In this document: one piece after another, positions 18,647-30,761 of the stretch
Layout: each line of letters starts with the position of its first letter
How positions within the stretch are numbered: the stretch's first letter is position 1
Source of the DNA: an uncultured delta proteobacterium
GTDB taxonomy: Bacteria > Myxococcota_A > Polyangia > Polyangiales > Polyangiaceae
Reading direction: 5' to 3'
DNA length: 64,000 nucleotides
Assembly: GCA_963782055.1 (NCBI GenBank)
Contig: CAWAIF010000003.1
Span: 6,400,001 to 6,464,000, forward strand
Position numbers and translations under genes: made by a program
The notes under the pieces: generated by a model
Databases searched by the model: none
What the model saw: only the letters and a program-made list of their open reading frames with translations
What the model was told of the DNA's origin: nothing

Positions 18647-20296
18647 CTACTTGCGGAGCGCGGGGTCCACGTCCAGCCAGCGGACCATCGCGCTGCCCGC
18701 GTGCTGCGCGTAGTCGATGCGGAGCTGCCAGTCGACGAGGCTCCCGGGCATCGCGCCGTAGACCATCGCCGGGTCCGCCATGAGGTGCGCGCTCCGTCCT
18801 CGGAGCTGCTGGCGCATCAGCAAGGCGAGCGAGTGACGAAGCTGATCCTTCAGCGCGGCGCGCTCCGCGGCGGGCACGCCCGCCTTCGTCGCCGCCTCCA
18901 GCGTGGCGACGCCCGCCTCGCACCGGCTGGCGACGGGCGTCAGCCGCGGGGTGACCAGCGGCCCCAGTCCGAGCGCGCCGTCGCAGTCGAAGGCGCAGTC
19001 CCCGGCGTGCAGCTGCAGCCCGCGGTCGTAGGCCTGCCAGCGCAGGCAGAAGTCGAGCGCCTTCGGGTCCGGCGCGCGGTCCCAGAGATCCCCCATCGCC
19101 TGACACGTCCAGTGCTCCTCGCCGAAGTAGTAGCGATCGCCGAAGAAGCTCCAGGCGGGGCCGACGAGGTGCGCGAGGCCCTTCTTCGCGCCCTCGAGGT
19201 AGCGCGGGTCGCCGGTCACCTGGTTGGCGCGCGCCAGCGCGAGCGTGGCCTCGCCGGAGAAGTAGAGGAACTGCACGTCGATGGGGCGGCCGTCCCTGTC
19301 CGCCTGGTGCATGAACTCGCCGTCCGGGCGCTGCTGCGCCAGCAAGAAGTCCGCGAGGCCGCGCACCAGCGAGAGGTAGGTGTCGTCCAGGCCGGCGCGC
19401 ACGATCTCGGAGAAGGCGATGACCGCGAGGGCGGAGGAGCCGATCTCCGCCGGGAAGCCGACGGCGACGCAGGGGTTGCGGCCGCACTTGCGGAGGGCGT
19501 CGTTGCGCATCAGGCCGGCGGCCCGCAGCGCCGCGCTGCGCAGCTCGATGTCGTGGCTGCGGCGGGCGACCTGCGCGACGAAGTACGTCGCCCCCGCGTG
19601 GCGCGGCCAGTCGTAGCCGCTGAGCACCTGGCCGCTGGCGGCGTTGACGAGGTAGTGGAAGTGGCCGTCGTCGGAGACGCCGCGCGCGAGGTAGCGGGCG
19701 GCCTGGTAGGCGCTCATGCGCACGTCGGCGTCGTCGAAGCTGCTCGCCAGGATGGGCATCGGAGGGAGCTGCCCCACCACCGTGCGCTCGGTGCGGATGC
19801 GCCGGAAGGTGGCGCGCTCCTGGACGTCGATGGGCTTCGCCCCGAGCGGACCGGACGCGATCGCCGCGAGCAGCGGCACGTCCACGCCCATGTTGAGGCT
19901 GAGCGCGGGCATGGAGACGCCGTGGTCGTAAGCCTGGTGCGCGACGAGATCGTCGGGGGTGACGTAGGCGGTCTTACCGTCCAGGTCGACGCGCACGCCG
20001 TCGCGGCTCGGCACGAGGGAGAGCGCGAAGAGCGGCTCCGGCCACCGGAGGATGGGGCCCTCACCGACGACGCGCTCGTAGACCAGCGCGCCCTCGGCGG
20101 CGGCGAGCGGCGTCCCGCTCACGTCGGGGCTGGAGACGAGGGCGCGCGCCACCAGCTTGCCGCCCAGCCAGCGCGACGCGATGATGGTGGCCTTCGCCGG
20201 GGGGCGCACCCGCACGGTGCCGCGCACCACCCCGCAGGCGATGACGAGCAGGACGAGCCACCCGCCGAGCAGTCTGGCCAGCCCGCGGGGCGTCAT
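18647..20296 (-). CDS. Exported hypothetical protein, probable alpha/alpha-barrel C-terminal domain
   Basis: N-terminal hydrophobic segment; YDWPRHAGATY, QQRPDGEF, YFSGEATLAL and RIDYAQHAGSA; start overlaps the upstream stop (ATGA). Confidence 0.8.
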   Translation of the reverse strand: MTPRGLARLLGGWLVLLVIACGVVRGTVRVRPPAKATIIASRWLGGKLVARALVSSPDVSGTPLAAAEGALVYERVVGEGPILRWPEPLFALSLVPSRDGVRVDLDGKTAYVTPDDLVAHQAYDHGVSMPALSLNMGVDVPLLAAIASGPLGAKPIDVQERATFRRIRTERTVVGQLPPMPILASSFDDADVRMSAYQAARYLARGVSDDGHFHYLVNAASGQVLSGYDWPRHAGATYFVAQVARRSHDIELRSAALRAAGLMRNDALRKCGRNPCVAVGFPAEIGSSALAVIAFSEIVRAGLDDTYLSLVRGLADFLLAQQRPDGEFMHQADRDGRPIDVQFLYFSGEATLALARANQVTGDPRYLEGAKKGLAHLVGPAWSFFGDRYYFGEEHWTCQAMGDLWDRAPDPKALDFCLRWQAYDRGLQLHAGDCAFDCDGALGLGPLVTPRLTPVASRCEAGVATLEAATKAGVPAAERAALKDQLRHSLALLMRQQLRGRSAHLMADPAMVYGAMPGSLVDWQLRIDYAQHAGSAMVRWLDVDPALRK

Positions 20297-20763
20297 GACG
20301 CCTTCTCGGATCCCTCCGAGGCGGGGCGCTGCGTGTCGTCCGGCGGCGCGGCGTCCGGGGCGACCGCCGCGCGCGACCAGGGGCCGACCATCACCAGCTC
20401 GACGGCCGGGATGGCCACGAGGTACGGAAGCGCCAGCGCCGCCACCAGGACCAGGATGACCGCGCCGCCCTTGCCCACCGGGCCGTAGATGCCGGAGAGG
20501 TAGCTGGCGGTCACGGCGAGCAGGGTGATGAGCAGGAGGCCCACGCCCAGCGAGACGAAGCTCGCCACCCGGGCGATCGACGCGGCGGCGCGATGGCGCG
20601 CCAGGAGCGCGACGCCGGCCGCGAGCTGCAGCAGGGCGACCGCCGTGGCGGTCACGTCGACCGGCGCCCACCGCGTGGGCAGCGCGCCGTAGACGCCGCC
20701 CAGCACGAGCGCGGCCACGACGAGGTCGAGCACGCCGAAGACGAGCTGCGTCCGCCGGCTCAT
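20293..20763 (-). CDS. Hypothetical membrane protein, about 4 TM
   Basis: Four hydrophobic stretches; lies directly downstream of pntB. Confidence 0.75.
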   Translation of the reverse strand: MSRRTQLVFGVLDLVVAALVLGGVYGALPTRWAPVDVTATAVALLQLAAGVALLARHRAAASIARVASFVSLGVGLLLITLLAVTASYLSGIYGPVGKGGAVILVLVAALALPYLVAIPAVELVMVGPWSRAAVAPDAAPPDDTQRPASEGSEKAS

Positions 20764-20774
20764 GCGCTACCGGA

Positions 20775-22207
<1,433 letters not shown>

Positions 22208-22208
<1 letters not shown>

Positions 22209-23785
22209 CAGCGGCCCGCCTTCTCGGCGGAGCCGCGCCGGAACATCTTGAGCATGCGCTGGGTGACGAGGAAGCCGCCGGCGACGTTGACCATGGCGAG
22301 CAGCACGGCCGCGCCCGCCAGGATGGTGGCGACGTGCAGGCCGCCCGCGCGCAGGAGCAGGACGCCGCCCACCAGGATGATGCCGCTGATGGCGTTGGTG
22401 ACGCTCATCAGCGGGGTGTGCAGGGCGGGGGTCACGTTCCAGATGACGTGCCAGCCGACGACGCACGCGAGCAAGAACACCGTGAGGTGCTCCAGGAACT
22501 GGCTGGGCGCGAAGAGGCCGGCGACGCCGAGCAGGCACGCGATGAGCGCGACGAAGACGAGGCCGACCGTGTTGCTGTGCACCGGCGGGTGGTGCGCCGG
22601 GCCGCCCTTCGGCGTCTCCGGCTGCGGCGCGGCGGAGCGCGGGCGCGGGCGCGACGGCGGCGGCCAGAGCAGCTCGCCCTCGTTGAGCACGACGACGCCG
22701 CGGTGGATCTCGTCCTCCAGGTCCAGGACGATGTCGCTCTTCTCCTCGTCGTAGACGTCCTGGAAGAGGTTGTAGACCGTGGTGGCGTAGAGCTCGCTCG
22801 TCTGCCGGGCCATGCGGCTCGCCAGGTCGGTCGCGCCGATGATCTGCACGCCGAACTTCTCCACCACCTTGTCGCGCTCGGTGAGCATGCAGTTGCCGCC
22901 TTGCTCGGCGGCCAGGTCCACGATGACCGACCCGTGGTGCATGCTGACGACCGCGCCGGAGGTGATGAGCTTGGGCGCGGGCACGCCGGGGATGACGGCG
23001 GTGGTGACGATGATGTCCACGTCCTTGGCGTTCTCGGCGATGAGGGCCTGCTCGGCGGCGAGGTACGCCTCGCTCATCTGCTTGGCGTAGCCGCCCTCCC
23101 CTTCCCCCGACTCCTTGAAGTCGAACTTCAGGAACTGGGCGCCCAGGCTCTCCACCTGCTCGCGGACCGCGGGGCGGGTGTCGAAGGCGCGCACGACGGC
23201 GCCGAGGCTGCGCGCGGCGGCGACGGCGGCGAGCCCGGCGACGCCGGCGCCGATGACCAGCACCTGCGCGGGCTTGACCTTGCCGGCGGCGGTGACCTGC
23301 CCGGGGAAGAAGCGGCCGAAGTGGGCGGCGGCCTCGATGATGGCGCGGTAGCCGACGACGTTGGCCATCGCGCTGAGGGCGTCCATCTTCTGCGCGCGGG
23401 TGATGCGCGGGATGCAGTCCATCGCCAGGACGGTGGCCTTGCGGGCGGCGAGCATCTCCACCAGGTTCTTGTTGATGCCCGGCCAGATGAAGCTGATGAG
23501 GCGGCCGCCCTCCTTGAGCATGTCCGCCTCGTGCTTGCCATCGGGGCGGAGCATCGGCGGGCGCACCTTGAGGACGATGTCCGCCTGCTCGTAGAGCGTG
23601 GCGGCGTCGGGGACGACAGTGGCCCCGAGCTCGGCGTAGGCGCCGTCCTGGAAGTGGGCCGCCTCCCCCGCGCCCGCCTCGACGACGACCTCCAGGCCGA
23701 GCTTTGTGAGCTTCTTGACGACGTCCGGCGTGGCGGCAACGCGCTGTTCCTTGGGGTAGATCTCCTTGGGGATCCCGACTTGCAT
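22208..23785 (-). CDS. pntA: NAD(P) transhydrogenase subunit alpha (fused form)
   Basis: [55 protein letters not shown]. Confidence 0.97.
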
Positions 23786-23971
23786 GGTCCTTTTTTCGCG
23801 CGTTGCCCCCCGGAACCGCGCGACAAAGCTACTCCCGCGCGGCTTCGAGCGAAAGGGCGATCACGCCCTCTGTCGCGGTGGCCGGGTGCTTCAGGTCGCG
23901 ATGCCCCGACGCATGGCGGAGGGCCCGCGTGGGGAGGGCCTCGCCCGGTCCACGCGTTGCCTCACGTCCTG

Positions 23972-25510
23972 TCAGAACTGGCCATAGACGAACGGCTCTG
24001 CCTTCGCGCCCGCCGCCAGGTGCAAGCACAGCGCGACCGCGGCGAGCACGGCGCCCTGCACGACGGCCGGGGTGCGCGCGAAGAGGCCGTGAACGCGTTC
24101 TTCCCAGTCCTTCGGCACGAAGTGCAGGACCATGGCGACGACGACGAGCACGACGACCTTGGCGGGCAGGTTGGTGGTGCCCCACTCCAGCCGGCCGATG
24201 CGAGAGAGCATGAGGCTGGCGTGCGCGAAGGTGGGCGCGCGGAAGAAGATCCAGGCGAAGCACACATACTGGAAGGTGAGGAAGGTGGCCACCGCGTTGC
24301 CGAGCCAGGAGCCACCGGGCGCGGGTGCGCTCGGGCCGCGGCGGGAGGGCAGCGGCGCGCTCTCGCCCTCCGGCGCGAGGCCGGCGGTGGCGCGGCGGGT
24401 GCGCCACCTCTGCCACATGCGCGTGCCGGCGAGCGCCACGCCGTGGAGCGCGCCCCAGATGACGAAGTTCCACGACGCGCCGTGCCACAGGCCGCCGAGG
24501 ACCATGGTGATCATCAGGTTGCGGTACGTCTTCCACGAGCCGAAGCGCGAGCCGCCGAGCGGGATGTACAGGTAGTCGCGCAGCCAGGTGGAGAGCGAGA
24601 TGTGCCACCGGTGCCAGAACTCCTGCAGATTCTTGGAGATGTAGGGGGCGTCGAAGTTCTTCGGAAGCTCGAAGCCGAAGAGGAGCGCGCTGCCGATGGC
24701 GACGTCGGTGTAGCCGGAGAAGTCGGCGTAGATCTGGACGGCGTAGGCGTAGACGGAGACGAGCACCTCCACCGAGGAGAAGCGCTCCGGGTTGTCGAAG
24801 ACGCGCCCGACCATGTTCTGCGCGAGGGTGTCGCCGATGACGATCTTCTTGAGCAGGCCGGTGGCGATGAGCCAGAGGCCGCGCGCCTGCTGCGACTCGT
24901 CGAAGACGGGCTCGCGGTCGAACTGCGGGAGCATCTGCCGCGGGCGCACGATGGGCCCGGCGACGAGGTGCGGGAAGTAGCAGACGAAGAGCAGGTAATC
25001 GAGGTAGCGCCGCGCGGGCAACAGCTCGCGGCGGTACACGTCGATCGTGTAGCTCATCGTCTCGAAGGTGAAGAAGGAGATGCCGAAGGGCAGCACCAGC
25101 CGCAGGTGCACGCGCGAGACGTTCCACCCGGCGGCGTGCGCGAGGTCGGCGAAGGAGTCGACGGCGAAGTTGAAGTACTTGAAGACCGCGAGGACGCCCA
25201 GGTAGTAAAAGACGGAGCAGAGGAGCAGCGCCTTGCGGCCCAGCGGATGCTCGACGCGGCCGAGCGCGCGGCCGATGTAGAAGTCGAGCGTGGAGCCGAG
25301 GAAGATGATCCCGAGGCAGAGCACGCTCCAGGGGATCGCGCCCAGCGGGACCGGCTCGTCGCGCGCGGAGTCGAAGGTGCCGTAGAAGTAGAAGCCGTAG
25401 CTCGCGACGATCAGAAAGAGGATGCGCAGGGTGCGGTGCTTCCGGACGGCCCAGAAGACGACGAAGCACAGGACGAGAAAGACCCCGTAGAGCGGCGAGT
25501 TGAACAGCAC
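23972..25510 (-). CDS. MBOAT family O-acyltransferase (AlgI/PatA/DltB-like)
   Basis: MLFNS, LPFGISFFTF, FPHLVAGPI, DFSGYTD, EFWHRWHISLSTWLRDYLYIPLGG, LWHGA, PFVYGQF. Confidence 0.95.
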   Translation of the reverse strand: MLFNSPLYGVFLVLCFVVFWAVRKHRTLRILFLIVASYGFYFYGTFDSARDEPVPLGAIPWSVLCLGIIFLGSTLDFYIGRALGRVEHPLGRKALLLCSVFYYLGVLAVFKYFNFAVDSFADLAHAAGWNVSRVHLRLVLPFGISFFTFETMSYTIDVYRRELLPARRYLDYLLFVCYFPHLVAGPIVRPRQMLPQFDREPVFDESQQARGLWLIATGLLKKIVIGDTLAQNMVGRVFDNPERFSSVEVLVSVYAYAVQIYADFSGYTDVAIGSALLFGFELPKNFDAPYISKNLQEFWHRWHISLSTWLRDYLYIPLGGSRFGSWKTYRNLMITMVLGGLWHGASWNFVIWGALHGVALAGTRMWQRWRTRRATAGLAPEGESAPLPSRRGPSAPAPGGSWLGNAVATFLTFQYVCFAWIFFRAPTFAHASLMLSRIGRLEWGTTNLPAKVVVLVVVAMVLHFVPKDWEERVHGLFARTPAVVQGAVLAAVALCLHLAAGAKAEPFVYGQF

Positions 25511-25604
25511 GGCGCGCCTGCCCTATAGCGCGACTCGCCCCGCGCGTGCGAGACCGATCGCCGGGGCGGGCTCCGGGACGCGCGCCCAGTGCTGGGCCAC
25601 GTCC

Positions 25605-26360
25605 TCAGAAGAGCATCGCGGCGCCGCCGAACTGGAGCGTCGCCCCGGGCGCCTGCGGGATGTCGGCCGTCTTCCAGGCGTCGCCGTCGAGCGTCGCCGA
25701 GAAGACCTCGCCGCTCTCGGTGAAGCCGTAGAGCGTGCCCCTCCACGCGGCGAGGCCGTAGACGTTCTTGTAGGGCACGGGGCCGTAGTTCTTCTTCAAC
25801 GCGCCGCTGTTGGGGTCGGCCTCGACGATGCAGTCACCGCAGCCAGGGCCGCTGACGCTGAGGAAGAGCCGGCCGTCGTAGGTGTAGACGAGGTCGCCGC
25901 TGATGCTGAGCTGGGCGTTGGGGTCGTTGCCCGTCGCGAGCGGGCCGACGTCGCTCGTCGTGCCGTCGGCCATGTTGATCTTGACGTACTCGTTGCCGTA
26001 GTAGCCGACGAGCGTCTCCTGCGCGGGGTCGAGGATGCCGGCCGGCACGAAGGCGAGCGCCACCGGTACGGTCGAGCCGCCCACCTTGGTGCAGGTGCCC
26101 GTCGCCGGGTCGACCTTGTTGAGCGCGCCGTTGGACACCCAGAGGCCACCCTGCTGGTCGATCGCGATGTCCACCGCCTCCGCTGCCTCGCAGCCGGTGA
26201 GGGGGCCGACGGGCGTGGCGGCGAGCGACGCGACGTCCAGCGAGTAGAGGGTGCTCGCGCCGTTGGCGTACACCAGCCTGGGAAGGGGCTCCTCCGGCGT
26301 GCTGTCGCTGCTGCATGCGAGGAGTCCCGCGGCGAGCCCGAGGGCGAGGATGCGGCTCAT
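25605..26360 (-). CDS. Lipoprotein, probable beta-propeller
   Basis: Lipobox LLAC; repeated beta-rich units (DIAID, VDPATG, GDLV, YGLA). Confidence 0.8.
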   Translation of the reverse strand: MSRILALGLAAGLLACSSDSTPEEPLPRLVYANGASTLYSLDVASLAATPVGPLTGCEAAEAVDIAIDQQGGLWVSNGALNKVDPATGTCTKVGGSTVPVALAFVPAGILDPAQETLVGYYGNEYVKINMADGTTSDVGPLATGNDPNAQLSISGDLVYTYDGRLFLSVSGPGCGDCIVEADPNSGALKKNYGPVPYKNVYGLAAWRGTLYGFTESGEVFSATLDGDAWKTADIPQAPGATLQFGGAAMLF

Positions 26361-26429
26361 GGCTCGATCCTACGCGAGGCGAGAGGCCGTGACCATGGCG
26401 AGCGCGCGTGCTATCGGCACACGCGGACC

Positions 26430-27935
26430 GTGAGCACGCAGAGCCCCTCGGCGAACGAAACGGCGCCCGCGCCCAAGACGCGCCACCCCCTCGCGCAGAA
26501 GACGACGCGGGCGCTCCTCGTCATGCTTGCCCTGCTGGCGATCCCCTATGCCTCGCCGCGCCTGCGGCGGCTGCGCATCGTGCACGCGCCGTGGGACCAC
26601 ACCGACACCGAGGCCGTCGCCGCGGCGCCGGTGGTCCCGCCGCCGGTCACCACGATGGGGGAGGACCAGCTCGGGGCGACGCAGAACCAGGCGACCGTCA
26701 CCAACTCGCTGCCCGCCGACGACCGGGTGCCCCTGGACGCGGAGGAGCTCGCCAAGGCCGCGGGGTCCATCGCCATCGAGGACGCCACCGGCCACGCGCT
26801 CGACGCCTTCTACGCGCAGCTCGCCCGCACCATCCGCAAGGAGCCCGGCGCCGTCACGCGCATCCTCCACTACGGCGACTCCGTCATCGCGAGCGACTAC
26901 GTCTCCGGCACGATGCGCCGCAAGATGCAGGAGCGCTTCGGCGATGCCGGCCACGGCTTCATCCTCACCGCCAACCCCTGGGAGTGGTACTTCCACAACG
27001 ATGTCTCCCACCGCGCCTCGGGCGGGTGGAGCATGAGTCGCATCACCGGCCCGCTGGTCAAGGACGGCCTCTACGGCCTGGGCGGCGTCTCCTTCCACAC
27101 GCGGCAGACGGCCACCGCCACCTTCAGCACCGTCTCGCGCGGGGACTTTGGCCGCAGCGTCTCGCGCTTCGACGTCTACTACCTGGAGCAGCCGGACGGC
27201 GGCGACTTCCAGATCGAGATCAAGGGCAGCGACCCGGTGCGTGTCTCGACGCGCGGCGACGCCAAGGTCTCGCGCAAGAAGTCGGTGACGGTGCCGGACG
27301 GCCCGGCGTCCATGACGATCCGCACGCTGGGCGGGGGCGACGTGCGCATGTTCGGTGTCGTCATGGAGCGCGACGTCCCCGGCGTGACCTACGACGCCCT
27401 CGGCGCGCTCGGCGGCCGCGCGAGCCTCTGGCACGTCATGGACGCAGCGCACTGGAAGGACCAGATGACGCTGCGCGACCCGTCGCTCATCGTGGTGCAG
27501 TACGGCACCAACGAGAGCGAGGACGGCGGCGTCAACGAGCCGCAGTACCGCAAGTCGCTCGGCGCCCTGCTGGATACGCTGAAGGCGGCCGCGCCCGGTG
27601 TGTCCATCCTGGTCGCCTCGCCGATCGACCGCGCGGAGCGCGACGAGAACGGCCACCTGCGCACGCCGCACGTCATCCTGCGCCTCGTCGCCCTGCAGGA
27701 GGAGATCGCCAAGGCCCACGGCGTCGCCTTCTGGAACACCTTCCAGGCGATGGGCGGCAAGGGATCGATGGCCAAGTGGGTCAAGCGCGGCCTGGGCGGC
27801 GGCGACCTCACGCACCCCTCGCCCGCGGGCGCGACCGTGCTCGGCACCCTCTTCTTCAAGGCGCTCACCACCGGCTACGACGCCTACGCCAGCACGCACA
27901 AGGACGCGCCCATCGTCGACGCCGGCAGCGACTGA
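26430..27935 (+). CDS. Membrane-anchored SGNH/GDSL protein (PatB/Ape-like O-acetyltransferase or esterase)
   Basis: TM helix; ILHYGDS, RFGDAGHGF, YGTNE, DLTHP. GTG start inferred. Confidence 0.88.
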   Translation: MSTQSPSANETAPAPKTRHPLAQKTTRALLVMLALLAIPYASPRLRRLRIVHAPWDHTDTEAVAAAPVVPPPVTTMGEDQLGATQNQATVTNSLPADDRVPLDAEELAKAAGSIAIEDATGHALDAFYAQLARTIRKEPGAVTRILHYGDSVIASDYVSGTMRRKMQERFGDAGHGFILTANPWEWYFHNDVSHRASGGWSMSRITGPLVKDGLYGLGGVSFHTRQTATATFSTVSRGDFGRSVSRFDVYYLEQPDGGDFQIEIKGSDPVRVSTRGDAKVSRKKSVTVPDGPASMTIRTLGGGDVRMFGVVMERDVPGVTYDALGALGGRASLWHVMDAAHWKDQMTLRDPSLIVVQYGTNESEDGGVNEPQYRKSLGALLDTLKAAAPGVSILVASPIDRAERDENGHLRTPHVILRLVALQEEIAKAHGVAFWNTFQAMGGKGSMAKWVKRGLGGGDLTHPSPAGATVLGTLFFKALTTGYDAYASTHKDAPIVDAGSD

Positions 27936-27939
27936 CCAG

Positions 27940-27985
27940 CGCGCCCCCGTCCCCCCAGACACCCGCGCCCCCGTCCCCCAGACAC
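27940..27985 (+). repeat. Tandem direct repeat, 2 x ~23 bp
   Basis: CGCGCCCCCGTCCCCCCAGACAC (27940-62) and CGCGCCCCCGTCCCCCAGACAC (27964-85). Confidence 0.8.
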
Positions 27986-28656
27986 ACCACGGCGCACCAG
28001 ACGAGGGAGCGCCCGGTGCGAAAACGCAGAAGTGACCGGCGCGCCCTTCCGGGCGGATGACTCTGGCGGAAAATGGACGAAGGTCCCGGTGACTACGAGC
28101 AGAATTTGTAATGCGGCACCCTTCATTTCAGGCACCAGGGGTCCTGCTACCCTCCGCACACGCCACCACTCCACCAGGTTCCGAAGCAGGAGCGCCGACG
28201 ACAGGCGGCTTGCACCGCCCATCCGCGCGACAGCCGTGGTCATGCTACTTTCCGGCGCCTGTCGCCCTCACCGCACACGGCGAATGACGGCACGCGCTTC
28301 GAGTTTTCGACCTCGATCGCCCTCGCCCGCCGTCGAGGCGATGCCTCGTCGTGCAGGGGTGCCGCGTGGTAGCGCGGCGCGGTCCGGGGGCGGGAAAGCA
28401 AGCCCGGCAACAGCGTTCGGCCCGAGGGAGCTCGCTTGCGCTCCTCTCTGTCCCAATCCGCAAGCCCTTTAGCTTTGCAAACTCATGTCATGAAGCCGTC
28501 CTCCATGCAGTGATCCGTTTGTTTCGGCGCGCCCACGCGAGACAGCCGCGTCCAGCTCCGCTCGCGAGTCGGATCTGGTGGTGCGCCTGCAAGCCTCCGA
28601 GCACGAGTCGTGCCGACACGAGAGGCGCGTGCTTGCCGCGCCGCACGACTGGCGAC

Positions 28657-28693
28657 CCTGTCCCCCCTGTCCCCTCCGCCTGTCCCCGGACAC
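28657..28693 (+). repeat. Three copies of CCTGTCCCC
   Basis: Copies at 28657, 28666 and 28679; the last continues GGACAC, echoing the 27940 repeat. Confidence 0.6.
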
Positions 28694-28724
28694 CCCCGTC
28701 GCACCCGGCGACAGGCGGGATCCC

Positions 28725-30158
28725 TCAGAGCGGAATGGCGACGAAGGGGGACTGCTCGCCCTCGCCCGAGCCGGCGGGCGGCGCGTCGGACGGGGTGATC
28801 GTGGGGCGCGGCGGAGGCGCGGCGACGGGCGGCAGGTTCTTCTGGGCGCGCCAGTCGGTGTAGGCGCGCAGCAGGTCCGCGGCGAAGAGCTCTCCCAGCA
28901 CCGCGTAGCCATCCCGCGTCATGTGCGTGTGGTCGTGCTGGGCGCGCGGCGGGTCCTCGTCGGCCCAGGTGATCATGGTGCCGGGCCCACCCATCGCGGT
29001 GAGCTGATCGTAGAAGCCGCAGCCCGCGGCCTTGGCCACGCGGCGCTCCACCTGCACGATGTCCTGGACGCGCTGCGAGGGCACCCACGCCTTGCCGCCG
29101 TCCGCCGCGGGGGTATCCGACTCGATGGCGCGGTCCGGTGGGCCGAGCAGCAGGCACGAGGCCGACGGCACCGCCCGCGCGACGCGGCCGAGCGCGTCGA
29201 CGAGCTGCCGCTCGATGAGGTCCATGGATTGATCGTCGGCCGACTCGTTGGTCCCGTAGGCGAGGACGACGAGGTTGGGCGAGCGGTGGCGGATCTGCTC
29301 GGCCATGTGCTGCTCGTTCCACTGCAGCGTCGTCGCGGCGCGCGCGCCGTTGATGCCGAGGGCGTCGTAGACCACGCCCACCTTCGCACGATCGAGCGAG
29401 ACGCCGAAGAAGCGCACCTCGCCGTCGCCCCTGGCGCGCACCTCCAGGCGGTGCGGGCCGTCGGGCACGTCCACCTCCTTGTACGCGGAGGCCGCAGTCT
29501 TCGCGCGGGTGGAGACGCGCGCGGCCGGCAAGCCGTCGACCAGCAGCTCGAAGGACCCGCCCTTCGGCTGCGCGAAGTAGTCCAGCTCGATGCGCGAGGA
29601 GGGCGCCGTCACCTCCGTCCACGCGCGCGCGTTGCGCTTGCTGGTGAGCAGGCACCAGCCGGCGAGCCCGTAGCAGCCGTCGCCCACCAGGTGGCCGTGC
29701 TCCAGCTTGCCGTGCTCCGCCTTCCAGCTGTGCGTCATGCCGGGCGACTTGATGCCCTCCTGGTAGTACGTGCGCCACGGGCGGCCGAGCTCCAGGAAGC
29801 CGCGGCCACCGTCGCCGAAGCGCGCCTGCAGCTCCTGGCGCACCGTCCCGGTCTCCAGGTCGGCGGCGGTGTGCGAGTCGCCGAACTGCAGGACGCGCAC
29901 GTCCTCGGTCGCGGTGCCGTCGTCGACGGCAGCCAGCGCGGTGAAGAAGTGGCCGAGCCGCCCCGCGTTCTCCAGCGGGCTCGCGGGAGGGACGGGCGCC
30001 GGCGCCGCCGCGTCGGTCGCGGCGGCCACCTGCACCGACGCCGCCGGCCGCACGACCGTCGGCGCGCTCACCTGCTCCGGCGTCTGGCCGCGGTCCCCCA
30101 TCGCGGTCGTCTGCCCGCAAGAAATCAGCAGAAACAGCGGCAACAGCGGGCGGCGCAC
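28725..30158 (-). CDS. SGNH/GDSL lipoprotein (PatB/Ape-like), paralog of 26430-27935
   Basis: Signal MRRPLLPLFLLISC; LQFGDSH, RFGDGGRGF, YDALGING, YGTNE, DHTHM. Confidence 0.88.
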   Translation of the reverse strand: MRRPLLPLFLLISCGQTTAMGDRGQTPEQVSAPTVVRPAASVQVAAATDAAAPAPVPPASPLENAGRLGHFFTALAAVDDGTATEDVRVLQFGDSHTAADLETGTVRQELQARFGDGGRGFLELGRPWRTYYQEGIKSPGMTHSWKAEHGKLEHGHLVGDGCYGLAGWCLLTSKRNARAWTEVTAPSSRIELDYFAQPKGGSFELLVDGLPAARVSTRAKTAASAYKEVDVPDGPHRLEVRARGDGEVRFFGVSLDRAKVGVVYDALGINGARAATTLQWNEQHMAEQIRHRSPNLVVLAYGTNESADDQSMDLIERQLVDALGRVARAVPSASCLLLGPPDRAIESDTPAADGGKAWVPSQRVQDIVQVERRVAKAAGCGFYDQLTAMGGPGTMITWADEDPPRAQHDHTHMTRDGYAVLGELFAADLLRAYTDWRAQKNLPPVAAPPPRPTITPSDAPPAGSGEGEQSPFVAIPL

Positions 30159-30236
30159 GACCAAGGGATCCTTGCACGTTACAGCCAGCCGCGCGAGTTT
30201 ATTGCGGAACGGCGAGACTTTCGCCAGGGTGCGCGT

Positions 30237-30761
30237 GTGCTGGAGCGCGTTCTGGATTTCTTCGCGCCGATGTTCGGCCGCGACCTCGGGCCGCGCGCGC
30301 GGGTCGTCGTCGCCGGACTGTGGGTGGCGGGGCAGGCCGCGCTCATCGCCACGGGCGGCATGCGACCGGACAACGCCTTCGCCTTCCGCATGTTCAGCGA
30401 GTCGTCCACCATCCAGATCGTCCTGTACCGCGAGGTGGAGGCCATCTCCGGCGAGGGCACCCAGCTCGTGCGCGTCGGCGCCGACGGCTCGTGGGTCGCC
30501 ACCGACGACAACGGCGACCCCCAGCGCTTCTCCTGGCGCGATCGCGTCGCGGATCCCACCCTCTCGCGCCTCGACGTGACCGAGCACGCCAGCTACGGCG
30601 CCGACGCCCAGCTCGCGCGGCTCCGTGCGGCCCTCGACGACGTCATGGCGCACACCAACAACGACACCCAGACGATCGCGCTGGTCGCCGACGTCACCGT
30701 GCGTCGCAACGGGCGGCCCCCCGAGCACGTGCGACTGACGAGCGCGGCGCGGGGCCGCTGA
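30237..30761 (+). CDS. Single-TM protein, possible gamma-carboxylase lumenal-domain/SdpA-like partner of the HTTM protein
   Basis: TM followed by FAFRMF; stop overlaps the next start (TGATG). Start uncertain (GTG 30237 or ATG 30270). Confidence 0.7.
   Translation: MLERVLDFFAPMFGRDLGPRARVVVAGLWVAGQAALIATGGMRPDNAFAFRMFSESSTIQIVLYREVEAISGEGTQLVRVGADGSWVATDDNGDPQRFSWRDRVADPTLSRLDVTEHASYGADAQLARLRAALDDVMAHTNNDTQTIALVADVTVRRNGRPPEHVRLTSAARGR

Noticed and set aside
27940..27985. Possible CRISPR remnant
   Set aside because: Only two adjacent copies, no spacer, no cas genes.
27884..28472. ORFs 27884-28243 (-) and 28032-28472 (+)
   Set aside because: Atypical codon usage, no SD or motif.
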